This document shows positions 10,420-21,728 of a stretch of 64,000 bases of DNA, piece after piece. Positions within the stretch are counted from its first letter, which is position 1; the number at the start of each line of letters is the position of its first letter. The notes beneath the pieces are model-generated. The model had not been told where the DNA came from. It saw only the letters and a program-made list of their open reading frames with translations, and did not search any database. The DNA is taken from positions 569,199 to 633,198 of the forward strand of contig CP000875.1 in the NCBI GenBank assembly GCA_000018565.1. Reading direction: 5' to 3'. The position numbers were made by a program, and so were the translations under genes. The stretch comes from Herpetosiphon aurantiacus DSM 785. GTDB taxonomy: Bacteria > Chloroflexota > Chloroflexia > Chloroflexales > Herpetosiphonaceae.

Positions 10420-12117
10420 TTAGCGAAAGATCCGAATGCGGCGACGTGGTTCTTTGCCAGTACTTTCTGATTGTAGATTGTACCGCTCAACAATCTGATG
10501 TTGCAACCTACGCACATAGGAACTTTGCGGACTCAGTTCGATACTTTCGGTTGAGCCATCCATGACTTGACTGATTGCTTCTTCAACCTCTTCCATGGCC
10601 TCGCTCAGCGGGTCGCTAGGACTGATGCTGATTTCGAAGGCCGAGCCGAGGCATTCTTCCATTTGGGTTTGGGTATTCGAGCGTAGCACATACACTGGAA
10701 TTCCACGTTCTTCGGCATCACGCAGCCGAGTTGGGTGCTGACGATAGTAATTTTTCAGCGTAATCACCATCGTGGCTTGTTCCATTTCGCGCACCAAACT
10801 AGCAGTAATGCCCAAACGATCTAAGGCTTTTTCCAAGCGATTGCGGCTAACCCCAAAGGCAAAAATCTTGGCTGGCGCATTTTTACCAGGCTTTTTAACC
10901 AGCACGCTTGGTTCTTCGGTTTTTGGGCTAGTGCTGCCATTCAGTGCCAAGCTATAGCGTTCGCGCTCTTCGCGTTGGGCTTCACGCCGTTCGCTTTTAC
11001 GCCGCCAGTCGCGTTCGCCATGGTCACGATCACGGTCGCGTTCACGGCTGCGATAGCCGCCACGCCGCGTGAGCATGGTGCTAGCTTCGCTATCAAGCCG
11101 TTCTGGGCGGCCTTCGTGCACCACAATTTCGCCTTGCTCGTCCTTGGTGCGTTGTTCGGCGGTTGGCTCATTGCCCTGCAAAATCGAATCGACGGCTGAA
11201 GCGACTTCTTGATAAATCGTTACATCGTCCCAGCTTTGAATTTCGACCAACACATCGAAGGTTGGCGGCGCTTTGCGTTCGAGCACGGTTTTTTGGGTTC
11301 CCCGCCGTCGAGCTTCTTCATCGCCCAAGGTTACTGCCTGAATCCCGCCGATCAGATCGGAGAGAGTTGGGTTGAGCATCAGGTTTTCCAAGGTATTCCC
11401 GTGAGCCGTACCAACCAATTGCACCCCACGTTCGGCGATGGTGCGAGCAGCTTGAGCTTCCAACTCCGTCCCAATTTCATCGATCACAATGACTTGGGGC
11501 ATGTGGTTTTCGACCGCTTCGATCATCACATTGTGCTGTTCGGCTGGCCGAGCTACTTGCATTCGCCGAGCGCGACCAATCCCTGGGTGAGGAATATCGC
11601 CATCGCCAGCGATTTCGTTCGAGGTATCGACGATCACCACCCGCTTGAGAAAGTCGTCGGCCAAGACGCGGGCGACTTCGCGCAGCATGGTGGTTTTACC
11701 TGTCCCAGGCTTGCCCAGAATCAAGATCGATTTACCAGCCTCGACCAAATCGCGCACGATTTCGATTGTGCCATAAACGGCGCGGCCAACCCGACAGGTC
11801 AGACCGATCACCACCCCAGAGCGGTTGCGAATGGCTGAAATGCGGTGCAGCGTGCGCTGAATCCCAGCGCGATTATCTTCACCAAATTGACCAATCCGCT
11901 CGGTCACATAATCGAGATCTTCGCGCGAGACCTCAGTTTCGCTAAGGAAACTTGATTGGTCGTGGCGAAAACGCGCCTCGGGCAAGCGCCCCAAATCCAT
12001 GACAATTTCTATAACTTGATCTTTCTGTTCATGGGTTGCCAACGGCTCGGCCAAACGTGGCGGCAAGGTTGACAGCAACAGATCGATATTATGGGTAATT
12101 TCGCGACGATCTAACAT
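10420..12117 (-). CDS. R3H-domain AAA ATPase (Ycf45/SpoIIIAA-like)
   Basis: Walker [14 protein letters not shown], Walker B VIVIDEIG, and a Lys/Arg/Glu-rich C-terminal region followed by an R3H-like segment. Confidence 0.55.
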   Translation of the reverse strand: MLDRREITHNIDLLLSTLPPRLAEPLATHEQKDQVIEIVMDLGRLPEARFRHDQSSFLSETEVSREDLDYVTERIGQFGEDNRAGIQRTLHRISAIRNRSGVVIGLTCRVGRAVYGTIEIVRDLVEAGKSILILGKPGTGKTTMLREVARVLADDFLKRVVIVDTSNEIAGDGDIPHPGIGRARRMQVARPAEQHNVMIEAVENHMPQVIVIDEIGTELEAQAARTIAERGVQLVGTAHGNTLENLMLNPTLSDLIGGIQAVTLGDEEARRRGTQKTVLERKAPPTFDVLVEIQSWDDVTIYQEVASAVDSILQGNEPTAEQRTKDEQGEIVVHEGRPERLDSEASTMLTRRGGYRSRERDRDRDHGERDWRRKSERREAQREERERYSLALNGSTSPKTEEPSVLVKKPGKNAPAKIFAFGVSRNRLEKALDRLGITASLVREMEQATMVITLKNYYRQHPTRLRDAEERGIPVYVLRSNTQTQMEECLGSAFEISISPSDPLSEAMEEVEEAISQVMDGSTESIELSPQSSYVRRLQHQIVERYNLQSESTGKEPRRRIRIFR

Positions 12118-12151
12118 AGTTGCATCCCTCTCAAACACACGCCGGGGTGTG

Positions 12152-13225
12152 TTAGATACACGGTTCGGATTGAACCGACGATGACAGCGACGGATTGACG
12201 ACGCTTTCTCGCGTTCCTTCGATCACAGGCCGCAACAATGGATTGCGTAGTGGCACTGTGAGTTCCTTGACCGTCAGGCGTTGATCTCCAATATGTTCAA
12301 AGCCGATTTCCTCCAAGTTGTGATGCAACTCGCCATGATATTCTGGCAAAAGGAGATAGACGACACCTTGATGGGCATTGGCCAATTGGCTCATTCCAAA
12401 TCGAATAACCGACGAGGCTAAGCGTTGCTCAGCAGGATCGATCAGAAGGCTCATAACTGCGGCGTGTGGGCCAAGCCACACATGCAAGGCCGCCCGTAAA
12501 ATATCATCTCGGCCATCGCGCCCAAGCACCCATGAGCGCTGACGAACCCCATGACGGGCAACGACCGGCAATTGCCACGATCGTGATGTTCGTCCTTCAT
12601 ATCGTACAACAGTTGCTGGGGTGATCGCCTCATACAATCGTTGGATTGCATGCGGGTCGCGACGCTGTTGTGGGCGTAACACAATAATTGAGCTACCTTC
12701 GGCAACATCGGGAGTTAAAGTCCGCCAAACCTGCCGCGTCGCATAACTTTGAAAGCCAAGTTGGCGAAAAACTTCTAAATGTGGTGAGTTCGAGGCCAAC
12801 GGTGCGAAGATACGCTCGATATTGCGCGAACCCATGCGCACCACAAATGCTTCTAACAAACGATACCAAACATCGGGGTCGGTTGGTTGGCGCATGCCAC
12901 GCCGAAACGGTTGCGATGCCAGATACACCAAATCGGCATCAGCACTATTTAAACGATACCAGCCTTGGACATAGCCACGCAGGCCACGCTCATGATAAAC
13001 CAAGGTATGGCGATCCTGGGCAAAAGGCATTAAACAGCGTAACGCAAAGCCCAACGGTCGATGGTTGCCCGCCAGCACATGCTCGCTGCCCAACAACATA
13101 TAGGTGTACGGCGTGCGCCGCAACTCAAGACTATCTACCAAGCGAACAGGTCGAATCAAGCCAGATTCTCCATTGCATGAGCTGTATGCCCGATTCCGCT
13201 GTGCCACATTGCACACTGGTATCAT
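12152..13225 (-). CDS. Hypothetical protein (possible GNAT-like fold)
   Basis: 357 aa ORF; only weak acyl-CoA N-acyltransferase-like features. Confidence 0.3.
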   Translation of the reverse strand: MIPVCNVAQRNRAYSSCNGESGLIRPVRLVDSLELRRTPYTYMLLGSEHVLAGNHRPLGFALRCLMPFAQDRHTLVYHERGLRGYVQGWYRLNSADADLVYLASQPFRRGMRQPTDPDVWYRLLEAFVVRMGSRNIERIFAPLASNSPHLEVFRQLGFQSYATRQVWRTLTPDVAEGSSIIVLRPQQRRDPHAIQRLYEAITPATVVRYEGRTSRSWQLPVVARHGVRQRSWVLGRDGRDDILRAALHVWLGPHAAVMSLLIDPAEQRLASSVIRFGMSQLANAHQGVVYLLLPEYHGELHHNLEEIGFEHIGDQRLTVKELTVPLRNPLLRPVIEGTRESVVNPSLSSSVQSEPCI

Positions 13226-13282
13226 CGCACAATTTAGGCCAGAAAAAAACTAGCAGAGTATTAATAAGTGTGAAGGATGAAG

Positions 13283-13400
13283 GATGAAATCAAAAGGCAA
13301 TAGGCAATAGCCAACGACTTGATGAAGAACTATAGGATGAAGGCTCTGGGCTATCGGAACATGATAGTGGAATTGTAATGATGGCAATAGCCAATAGCTG
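13283..13400. repeat. About 120-bp direct repeat, copy 1 (partner at 14016-14140)
   Basis: Shared blocks ggatgaaatcaaaaggcaa, gaaggctctggRctatcggaacatg..gtggaatt..aatg, ccaatagc. Confidence 0.55.
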
Positions 13401-13429
13401 TAATGGTTATTCGGTTGGCAACCATGACC

Positions 13430-13532
13430 TCATGCCCTCACCCCCAGCCCCTCGCACACTGCGGCGGGCGAGGGGTGCACTCCTAGAGCGGTTCCCCCTC
13501 GCCTCGTGTGCGGGAGAGGGGGTGAGGGAACA
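13430..13532. repeat. GC-rich REP/MITE-like hairpin repeat (family copy 2)
   Basis: ccctcacccccagcccctcgcacactgcggcgggcgagggg ... ttccccctcgcctcgtgtgcgggagagggggtgaggg; near-identical to segments at 6236-6352. Confidence 0.55.
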
Positions 13533-13611
13533 CTGGCGGTTATTAATGCTATAAACCATTACAAATAGCCAATAAGCCTTACCCTTCGTAGATGAAACTA
13601 TCAATACTCTT

Positions 13612-13980
13612 TCAAGTCAACAATTGGTTTAATGTTTGCTGGAGTTGCTGATGTTGTTGATCATCAATGATTAAGCTCAGATCAACGCCTGCAAGTTGGA
13701 AAACCGCTTGCGCTGGTTGATTAAAATGAATGTGCAGATGGCCTAATTCAAGTTCCCAGCGTTCGATACAGCGATAATCAGTTGCGCCGTTGGGCAAGCA
13801 CACACAATACCCATCCAAATCACTAGCTTCGGCTTCGAAGTCATCTTGATCAAAACTACGCTGGATCGTTAGATATTCAGCTGGCTGATCAGTCTTATCG
13901 GCCAATCCCAAAATCAATAAATTCTCATCGGCGAGCTGCTCAATTGCTATAACCCTTGCGGTAAAATGCCACATTTCCAT
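13612..13980 (-). CDS. Hypothetical protein (122 aa), flanked by direct repeats
   Basis: ORF with acidic composition; sits between the two copies of the 120-bp repeat. Confidence 0.4.
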   Translation of the reverse strand: MEMWHFTARVIAIEQLADENLLILGLADKTDQPAEYLTIQRSFDQDDFEAEASDLDGYCVCLPNGATDYRCIERWELELGHLHIHFNQPAQAVFQLAGVDLSLIIDDQQHQQLQQTLNQLLT

Positions 13981-14015
13981 GCCAAAACTCCACTATGTTG
14001 TTAGGGTAACTATAA

Positions 14016-14140
14016 GGGATGAAATCAAAAGGCAACAATATGAGTTAACACGGAGGAAATATGGCTACAGGCTGAAGGCTCTGGACTATCGGAACATGGC
14101 GTGGAATTACAATGCTGCCAAAAGCCAAAAGCCAATAGCC
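14016..14140. repeat. About 120-bp direct repeat, copy 2
   Basis: See copy 1. Confidence 0.55.
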
Positions 14141-14248
14141 ATTCTTCCTTCGTGCCCTTTGTGGATCAAATTGTCAACGTTTTATGCTGTTTGTACGCTT
14201 GCCGATCCCCGATCCCCAACAACCGAAGCCCAAGGCCCGAAAAAAACC

Positions 14249-14277
14249 TTGCCTTTTGCATGCTGCTTCTGTATAAT
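14249..14277 (+). promoter_or_regulatory. Sigma70-like promoter upstream of rpsA
   Basis: TTGCCT -35, 17-nt spacer, TATAAT -10 about 70 nt upstream of rpsA ATG. Confidence 0.45.
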
Positions 14278-14344
14278 TTTCATATCGGTTTCACGCTGTC
14301 CGCCCTTCCTCGGGAATCCTCTTTTGGCAAAAGGACGACTCATT

Positions 14345-15592
14345 ATGGACGAGCAAACACAACCGGGCATGGATCAATCTGATGTGCTTCCCAGCACAGG
14401 ATTGAACGCGACCCCACAGGCCGATTATTCTGGCGATGATGATCGTGCCCTGCTGGAGGAGTATCTCCGTGATCCAGCCCACGATTATCGCAATCTCAAG
14501 TATGGTGATTCGGTCGATGGCACGATTGTTCGCGTTGATCGCGACGAGGTGTTGGTCGATATTGGCTCCAAGTCGGAAGGCGTGGTGCCAGGCCGCGAGA
14601 TGACCAGTCTGTCGTCGGAAGAACGCGCCGAACTCAAGGTTGGCGATGTCTTGCTTGTTACAGTCGTTCAAACCGAAGACGCTGAAGGGCGTATCGTGTT
14701 GTCGATAGATAAAGCACGCCAAGAAAAGAGTTGGCGAGCCTTGCAAGTCAACCATGAGGCTGGCGATGTGATTCACGCCGCCGTGACCAACTATAACAAG
14801 GGTGGTCTGTTGGTTAATTTAAGTGGGGTGCGTGGCTTTGTGCCATCATCACAGGTCAGCAGCGTCAGCCGTGGCTCCGATGTCCAAAAACAATCGGATA
14901 TGGCAAAACTGGTCGGCCAAACCTTGCCACTGAAAATTATCGAAATCAATCGTTCGCGCAATCGGCTGATTCTATCCGAGCGCCAAGCCGTCCAAGAGGT
15001 TCGCGATTCGCGCAAGGATCAACTGCTTGAAAAACTGGAACCAGGCGCAGTTCGCACTGGCCGCGTAACCAGTTTGTGCGATTTCGGCGCGTTTGTCGAT
15101 ATTGGCGGAGCAGACGGTTTGGTTCACCTTTCCGAGCTTTCTTGGAGCCGCGTCAAACATCCCGAGGAAGTGCTGAAAGTTGGCGATGCAGTCAGCGTCT
15201 ATATTTTAAGCGTCGATGAAGATAAAAAACGCATCGCGCTGAGTATCAAGCGCACCCAAGCTGAGCCTTGGACAACCGTTACCGACCGCTACCAAATTGG
15301 CCAAAGCGTTTCAGGGGTTGTTACTCAATTGACCGCCTTTGGCGCGTTTGTCCGGCTTGAAGATGGCATCGAAGGTCTGATCCACATCTCAGAAATGAGT
15401 GATGAACGGATTCAGCACCCACGCGATGTGATTAATGAAGGCGATAGCGTTTCAGCCCGCATTATTCGGATCGACCCAACGCGCAAGCGGATTGGCTTGA
15501 GTACCCGCAGTGGCAGCGCTGAAGCAACCGCTGAAGCAACTGCTGAAACAGCAACCGAAGAACCAAGCGCTGCAGCCGAAGACGAAGAATAA
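14345..15592 (+). CDS. rpsA: 30S ribosomal protein S1
   Basis: Four S1-domain repeats (GDSVDGTIVRV…, GDVIHAAVTNY…, GAVRTGRVTSLCDFGAFVDI…, GQSVSGVVTQLTAFGAFVRL…). Start at ATG 14345 with AAGGA RBS; the ORF-track upstream extension is non-coding leader. Confidence 0.9.
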   Translation: MDEQTQPGMDQSDVLPSTGLNATPQADYSGDDDRALLEEYLRDPAHDYRNLKYGDSVDGTIVRVDRDEVLVDIGSKSEGVVPGREMTSLSSEERAELKVGDVLLVTVVQTEDAEGRIVLSIDKARQEKSWRALQVNHEAGDVIHAAVTNYNKGGLLVNLSGVRGFVPSSQVSSVSRGSDVQKQSDMAKLVGQTLPLKIIEINRSRNRLILSERQAVQEVRDSRKDQLLEKLEPGAVRTGRVTSLCDFGAFVDIGGADGLVHLSELSWSRVKHPEEVLKVGDAVSVYILSVDEDKKRIALSIKRTQAEPWTTVTDRYQIGQSVSGVVTQLTAFGAFVRLEDGIEGLIHISEMSDERIQHPRDVINEGDSVSARIIRIDPTRKRIGLSTRSGSAEATAEATAETATEEPSAAAEDEE

Positions 15593-15913
15593 CGGAATGG
15601 GAGCGGAGAAGGTGCTGGGTCTGTGAAAACCCTGCTGGTTCCCCTGCTGCAACGGTCATGTCCGTTTCAAGCAAAACGCTAACTCAAACGGGCATGACTG
15701 ATCTGAAGATAGTGATACAATTAATGCACGACGCTTCCGATGCGGCACACCCATTGCCAAAGAATGAAGCCGAGATGCTGCCCCAGTTTCGAGAGCATTT
15801 CCGACCAGCAATGTCCGCCTATCGGCACTCAGCAGCATCGACTATTTGTCATAGATAACACGCCGAGGCCCAATCTTACTCATCCTAAGGTTGCCTCGCT
15901 TTGGAGCAAACAT

Positions 15914-18427
15914 ATGGGTGCATACGACAAAATGAGCCGCCGCGCTAAGCAAGTGATGAGCTTTGCCCAAGAAGAGGCGCGAGCGTTTAATCATCCTTAC
16001 ATCGGCACCGAGCATTTATTGCTGGGCTTGATTTTGGAAGGTGAAGGGGTCGCCGCTCGTGTGTTGGCTGAACTTGGTGTGACCATCACAAAAGCCCGCA
16101 ATGCTGTTGAATTTATTGTTGGCCACGGCGATGGTCCACGCTCGACTGCCGAGATTGATTTAACCGCCCGCGCCAAAAAAGTTTTTGAGTATGCAATCGA
16201 TGAAGCTCGCAAACTCAACCATACCTATATCAGCACCGAACATATTTTGCTGGGTTTGGTGCGCAATGCCGAAGGTGTTGCAACGGGTGTGCTCGAAATT
16301 ATGAATGTTGGGCTGGATCAGGTTCGCACCCAAGTGATGCGCATGATGCGTCAAGGGGTTGGCGGCAGCAGCACGCCTAGCCCAAGCGCTGGGGGCGAAC
16401 GCCAAGCCAAACAAAGCAAAACGCCCTATCTCGATGCGCTTTCAACCGATTTGACCGAGTTGGCCGAAGCTGGCCGACTTGATCCAGTGGTTGGTCGCAA
16501 AGATGAAATTGAGCGCGTGATTCAGATTTTGTCACGCCGCACCAAAAATAATCCGGCCCTGATTGGCGAGCCTGGGGTTGGTAAAACTGCGATCGCTGAG
16601 GGTTTGGCGCAACGAATTGTCGCTGATGATGTTCCAGATTCACTCAAAGGCAAGCGTTTGGTAACGCTTGATATGGGGGCTTTGGTGGCTGGAACCAAAT
16701 ATCGCGGCCAATTCGAGGAACGCCTCAAACGGGTCGTTGACGAAATTAAAGAAAGCCGTTGTATTTTATTTATCGATGAATTCCACACGATTATTGGCGC
16801 TGGTGGAGCCGAAGGCACACTCGATGCCGCCAATATTTTGAAACCAGCCCTTTCACGCGGCGAATTGCAATGTATTGGCGCAACGACGCTTGATGAGTTC
16901 CGCAAATATATCGAAAAAGATGCAGCACTCGAACGGCGTTTTCAACCAGTGATGGTCGATGAACCAACCATTGAAGAAACGATCGAGATTTTGCGCGGCA
17001 TCAAAACTCGCTACGAAGATTTCCATCAATTGCAAATTGAGGACGAAGCGATTACTGCCGCTGCCGTGCTAAGTGCTCGCTATGTGCCCGATCGTTTCTT
17101 GCCTGATAAAGCGATTGACTTGATCGACGAAGCCTCCTCGCGGGTGCGCATGTATCGCTCAGCCACGCCATCGGCCTTACGCGATGCCTTGCGTGGGCTT
17201 GATGCGATTCGCAAAGAAAAAGATGCAGCCTTGGAAGAAGGCCAATTCGAAGTCGTGCAAGATCTACGGGTTCGCGAAGAGCGTATGCTCCAGCGCATCA
17301 CCGATCTTGAAGACGAAGAAGAAAAGACCCGTGGCTCGGAGCAACGCAAAGGCAAGCCGTATGTAACCCAAGAAGATATTGCCGAAGTTGTGGCAATGTG
17401 GACAGGGATTCCCGTCATGCGCTTGGCCAGCGAAGAAACCGAACGACTCATGAAGATGGAAGACTATTTGCATGAGCGGGTAATCGGCCAAGAGGAACCA
17501 ATTTCGACGATTGCTCGGGCTGTGCGGCGTGCCCGCGCTGGCCTGAAAGATCCTAAGCGCCCAATTGGCTCGTTCATTTTCTTGGGCCCAACTGGGGTTG
17601 GTAAAACCTTGCTGGCCAAGGCCTTGGCTGAGTTTATGTTTGGCTCAGAAGATGCCTTGATCAAAATCGATATGTCGGAGTTCCAAGAGCGTTTCAATAC
17701 CTCGCGCTTGGTTGGCTCGCCTCCAGGTTATGTTGGCTATGGTGAGGGCGGTCAATTGACTGACGCTGTACGCCGTCGCCCCTATAGCGTGGTGCTGTTC
17801 GACGAAATCGAAAAAGCTCACCCCGATACCTTCAACTTGTTGTTGCAAGTGTTGGAAGATGGCAACTTGACCGATGGCAAGGGCCGACGCGTCGATTTCC
17901 GCAATACCGTGATTATCATGACTTCGAATGTTGGCACCGAACAAATTCGGCGTGGTTCGCGGATTGGCTTCGGTGGCAATCGCAACACGATCGATGTTGA
18001 GGATACCCGCAAGAAGGTTGATGATGAACTGAAGCGCATGTTCCGACCAGAGTTTCTCAACCGGATCGATGGAACAATCATTTTCCATCCATTGACCGAT
18101 ATCGAGATTCGCAACATTGCCCGCTTGGAAGTCAATCGCGTGCGCAAGCAATTGGTCGATCATCAAATTGATCTGTTGGTAACTGATGAAACCCTTGATC
18201 TGTTGGCCAAACGTGGTTACGATCCAACCTACGGCGCTCGTCCATTGCGCCGCGTCATCACCAATATGATCGAAGATGGCTTGGCTGAAGGCTTGCTACA
18301 AGGTCGCTTCAAAGACGGCGATAAGATTCATATCGAGCTTGAGGATAACGAAGTGGTGTTACGTTCAGAGCGTGAAGCTGCCGAGTTGGAAAATCCCAGT
18401 GTCGAGCCTGAAGCCGAATTAGTCTAA
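15914..18427 (+). CDS. clpC: ATP-dependent Clp protease ATP-binding subunit ClpC (class I Clp/Hsp100)
   Basis: Clp N-domain repeats ([23 protein letters not shown] / [25 protein letters not shown]), two AAA+ modules ([15 protein letters not shown]; [15 protein letters not shown]), and a UVR-like linker. Confidence 0.9.
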   Translation: MGAYDKMSRRAKQVMSFAQEEARAFNHPYIGTEHLLLGLILEGEGVAARVLAELGVTITKARNAVEFIVGHGDGPRSTAEIDLTARAKKVFEYAIDEARKLNHTYISTEHILLGLVRNAEGVATGVLEIMNVGLDQVRTQVMRMMRQGVGGSSTPSPSAGGERQAKQSKTPYLDALSTDLTELAEAGRLDPVVGRKDEIERVIQILSRRTKNNPALIGEPGVGKTAIAEGLAQRIVADDVPDSLKGKRLVTLDMGALVAGTKYRGQFEERLKRVVDEIKESRCILFIDEFHTIIGAGGAEGTLDAANILKPALSRGELQCIGATTLDEFRKYIEKDAALERRFQPVMVDEPTIEETIEILRGIKTRYEDFHQLQIEDEAITAAAVLSARYVPDRFLPDKAIDLIDEASSRVRMYRSATPSALRDALRGLDAIRKEKDAALEEGQFEVVQDLRVREERMLQRITDLEDEEEKTRGSEQRKGKPYVTQEDIAEVVAMWTGIPVMRLASEETERLMKMEDYLHERVIGQEEPISTIARAVRRARAGLKDPKRPIGSFIFLGPTGVGKTLLAKALAEFMFGSEDALIKIDMSEFQERFNTSRLVGSPPGYVGYGEGGQLTDAVRRRPYSVVLFDEIEKAHPDTFNLLLQVLEDGNLTDGKGRRVDFRNTVIIMTSNVGTEQIRRGSRIGFGGNRNTIDVEDTRKKVDDELKRMFRPEFLNRIDGTIIFHPLTDIEIRNIARLEVNRVRKQLVDHQIDLLVTDETLDLLAKRGYDPTYGARPLRRVITNMIEDGLAEGLLQGRFKDGDKIHIELEDNEVVLRSEREAAELENPSVEPEAELV

Positions 18428-18432
18428 ACCTC

Positions 18433-18471
18433 AAAAAAACGCCCTGATCGCAATGATCAGGGCGTTTTTGC
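18433..18471 (+). terminator. Rho-independent terminator after clpC
   Basis: cgccctgatc-gcaa-tgatcagggcg followed by TTTTT. Confidence 0.65.
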
Positions 18472-18490
18472 ATTTCCTCGCCAATTGTTG

Positions 18491-19294
18491 TTATTGGGCG
18501 ACTGCGGTAGCAACCAAATCCAAGGTCAACAAAACTTCATCTTCGGCCTTGAGCATGCCACCGATGTCAGGAGCATCAACGTTAAAGCTGCTCATATTGA
18601 ATTTGGTGGTAGCCTTGCCGGTCAAGGTATCGCCATTCAAGGTTGCAGTGACATCGAAGGTCAATGGGTTGGTTGTATCGTGAATCGTCATATCGCCAGT
18701 GATTTGGAAACTGAATTCAACGCCTTCTTTGAGATCGCTGGGCAAATTGCTAATGACCCCGTTCTTGAAAACAGCATTAGGATATTTCGACGATTCGAGC
18801 CATTCGCGGCGAATCGCATTATCACGGCGTTCGCTATCTGATTGCAATTGGCTGATATCAACCACAATTTCGCCAACTTGTGAGTTGGCTGGAGTTGCAG
18901 TATCGATCAACAGCTCGCCAGCGATCGCTTTGGTCACGCCAACTGCATCAACGATTTTGTTATCTTGCAAGAAGGTTTCGCGCACTTGGTAGCTAGCACT
19001 TGATTGACTGGCATCAATGCGATAGATTTTTGCACCAGCAGCGGCTGGTTGTGAAGCATCTGTAGTTGGTTCGGTGCCAGTCGTGGCAGTAGCAGCAGCA
19101 GTGTTATCACTGGCGGTGGTGGCAGTGGCTGGAGCAGCCGCAGTCGTCGGAGCCGTCGTTGGCAAGACCAAGGTTGCAGCCACTGGCGTGCTCGTAGATA
19201 CTTCTACATCTGATGTGAGCCATAAGGTATAGGCAATTGCGCCAATCACAGCGATGGCGATAACACCACCAATAATTAAACCAAATTTCTTCAT
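18491..19294 (-). CDS. YceI-like family protein with N-terminal TM anchor and Thr/Ala-rich linker
   Basis: C-terminal YceI-like beta-barrel segment (ASYQVRETF…TIHDTTNPLTFDVTA…); low-complexity TTAAAPATATT linker. Confidence 0.75.
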   Translation of the reverse strand: MKKFGLIIGGVIAIAVIGAIAYTLWLTSDVEVSTSTPVAATLVLPTTAPTTAAAPATATTASDNTAAATATTGTEPTTDASQPAAAGAKIYRIDASQSSASYQVRETFLQDNKIVDAVGVTKAIAGELLIDTATPANSQVGEIVVDISQLQSDSERRDNAIRREWLESSKYPNAVFKNGVISNLPSDLKEGVEFSFQITGDMTIHDTTNPLTFDVTATLNGDTLTGKATTKFNMSSFNVDAPDIGGMLKAEDEVLLTLDLVATAVAQ

Positions 19295-19317
19295 TGAACA
19301 ATCCTTTCATGAGTTTA

Positions 19318-20300
19318 AAATGATGCAACAACTCGATCTTTTGTGGGAAACTGGCGATGCAGCCCAAGCCTTACAACAACGTTTTGGCTGGGATGCGGCC
19401 AGTGCCAGCGCGTGGGTGTCCGCACTGCTCCACGAGCACTATGGCCTCGACGATATCCAAATTGTGCGTTGGAGCATTAGTGCTGGCAATGCAATAATTT
19501 GGCTCAAGCACGATCAGGAGTGTTGGATTTTCAAAATAAGTGCTGATCGTGACCGCCATAGGCAAATCGAACAAAGTGTTGAGCTTCAACACTGGCTTTC
19601 AGTACAACAAATGTCTGTCCCGTTGATCGTCCCAACCACGGCTGAGCAACGGGTGCTTAAGATTAACGAACGATGTGTATATCTCCAACGGTGGCTTGAT
19701 GGAACACCTCCTAACCCTGATTCTAGCCAGCAGTTATGGAGAATTGGTGAAGAAACTGCCAAGCTTCAGCGAATATTGAGTGCTTACCCACAGGCTGGGC
19801 AACTTCCACAGGTGCTTTTGCCGCTCGAACAGGTGTGTATGGGCTTGGCAGCATGGCTTGGCAATACTGCGGATGCTGCGCCGTTGCAACAAGAATTGGC
19901 GCAACTTGCCCAACAAGGGCTAGAGCATCTGCCAAGTGGTGTTTGCCATAACGATATTCGAGCCGCCAATCTACTTTTCAATGGCGATCAATTGCAAGCT
20001 GTACTGGATTTTGAAGAAGTTGGTTGGCGCTGCTTGGTGCTTGAGTTGGCCTGGACGGCAGTTCATGGCCTGACCATGTATCGTAATTGGCAACCCTGCA
20101 CGGCATCCCAACAACAGGCGATTATCGCTGGCTATCAATCAATTCGGCCATTGACCGAAGCCGAGTTGGCGATTTTACCAAGTTTGTGCCGTTTACAAAG
20201 CCTTTACTTGTTATGTTCGCAGGGGGCAACGGCGGCGGATGCAATACAACGGTTAAAGGAAATTAACTTTCATTCAATATCCCCCCTAAATCACCCCTAA
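19318..20300 (+). CDS. Phosphotransferase-family kinase (APH / homoserine kinase type II-like)
   Basis: HNDIRAANLLF (catalytic loop) and VLDFEEVGW (DFG-equivalent) motifs. Confidence 0.6.
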
Positions 20301-20348
20301 AACCCCAGTATGTGGGATGGTGTTTTATAGTACTTGATGTATACTAAA

Positions 20349-20413
20349 GTCAAACCTTCTCCTCTCTCTTCTCTCCCACAAGCGGCTCCATTATGCGAGC
20401 CGTTTGTGGTTTT
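20349..20413 (+). ncRNA. Conserved CT-rich hairpin element (copy 1), possible terminator-type structured element
   Basis: aaacc..cctctctcttc..caYaagcg + hairpin (GGCTC/GAGCC) + cgtttgtggtttt. A second copy at 60361-60415 has the same flanks and a compensatory stem (GACCC/GGGTC). Confidence 0.35.
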
Positions 20414-20498
20414 AGGCATTTTCTTCACTCTGTAAAATCAGCGTGCTATAATCGCATAGAGGCAATGTCGCCTTTTTGCAATACGAAGGAGCACACTT

Positions 20499-21632
20499 GT
20501 GGATTATGGCTTTGCAACCCGCGCGATTCATGCAGGGCAAGACCCTGAATCAGTAACTGGCGCTGTGATTGTGCCAATTTATCAAACTTCGACCTATGCC
20601 CAACGCGGAGTTGGCGATCATACTGGCTATGAATATTCACGTACCGATAATCCAACCCGCACTGCCTTGCAAACGTGTTTAGCCGCTCTGGAAGAGGCCA
20701 AACATGCCTTGGTGTTTGCTTCGGGATTGGGGGCTTCAACCACCTTGATGCTTATGCTTAAGGCTGGCGATCATGTGATTTGTGGCGATGATGTTTATGG
20801 TGGCACCTATCGGCTGTTCCAACGGGTGATGACTGAGCATGGCCTGAGCTTTGATTTTGTCGATATGGCTGATCCTGAGGCGGTTCGAGCGGCAATCAAG
20901 CCTAATACTCGCTTGATTTGGCTGGAAACCCCAACCAACCCGCTATTAAAGCTCGCGCCGATTGCTGCTATTACCAAAGTTGCCCGTGAACATGGCATTT
21001 GGACGATTGTTGATAACACCTTTGCTTCGCCCTACAACCAACGCCCAATTACCTTAGGTGCGGATATGGTGCTGCACAGCACAACCAAATATATCGGCGG
21101 CCATAGCGATGTGGTTGGCGGGGCGATTATGACCTCGAACGATGAGCTGTATGAAAAATTGAAGTTCTTGCAAAATGCCGCTGGCGCTGTACCAGGCCCA
21201 TTCGATTGCTGGTTGGTCTTGCGCGGAGTCAAAACTCTGAGCATTCGCATGCGCGAGCACGAACGCAACGCTTTGGCAATTGCTCAATTCCTAACCGAGC
21301 ATCCAGCAGTTGAAAAAGTGATTTATCCAGGCTTGCCGTCGCATCCTCAGCACAACTTGGCGCGTGAGCAAATGCGCGGCTTTGGCGGGATGATCTCAAT
21401 CTTGCTGAAGGGCGGGGCGGAAGTTGCTAACGCCATGGTCAGCAAAACCAAGCTCTTTACCTTAGCTGAAAGCTTGGGCGGGATTGAATCGCTGATTGAA
21501 GTGCCAGCTGGCATGACCCATATGAGCGTTGCTGGCTCGAAACTTGAAGTACCCGCCAATTTAGTGCGGCTTTCGGTTGGAATCGAAGATATTAATGATT
21601 TATTGCGCGACCTTGAGCAAGCACTTGCGTAG
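20499..21632 (+). CDS. metB: Cystathionine gamma-synthase/gamma-lyase family PLP enzyme (Cys/Met metabolism)
   Basis: PLP-lysine region STTKYIGGHSDVVGG; GTG start with GAAGGAG RBS; 377 aa. Confidence 0.85.
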   Translation: MDYGFATRAIHAGQDPESVTGAVIVPIYQTSTYAQRGVGDHTGYEYSRTDNPTRTALQTCLAALEEAKHALVFASGLGASTTLMLMLKAGDHVICGDDVYGGTYRLFQRVMTEHGLSFDFVDMADPEAVRAAIKPNTRLIWLETPTNPLLKLAPIAAITKVAREHGIWTIVDNTFASPYNQRPITLGADMVLHSTTKYIGGHSDVVGGAIMTSNDELYEKLKFLQNAAGAVPGPFDCWLVLRGVKTLSIRMREHERNALAIAQFLTEHPAVEKVIYPGLPSHPQHNLAREQMRGFGGMISILLKGGAEVANAMVSKTKLFTLAESLGGIESLIEVPAGMTHMSVAGSKLEVPANLVRLSVGIEDINDLLRDLEQALA

Positions 21633-21728
21633 TACTTATGGTTAAGCCGCTATAGCCATGGCTTGGATTAGGCTATGGCTGTCTCGCTCGCTAATCCAAG
21701 CTCGGTTCTTTCTTGTTGGAGGTTGGCT

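Noticed and set aside
10772-11838. Plus-strand ORFs overlapping the R3H/AAA ATPase gene
   Set aside because: Antisense to a gene with clear Walker motifs; no motifs of their own.
15997-18166. Numerous antisense or alternative-frame ORFs (e.g. 16522..16905-, 17645..18166-) within clpC
   Set aside because: clpC coding frame is unambiguous with Clp N-domain and two AAA+ modules; overlapping ORFs are GC-driven artefacts.
21640-21700. Palindrome-like gccatggct…agccatagcc segments after metB
   Set aside because: Not a clean inverted repeat on checking reverse complement; no T-tract.
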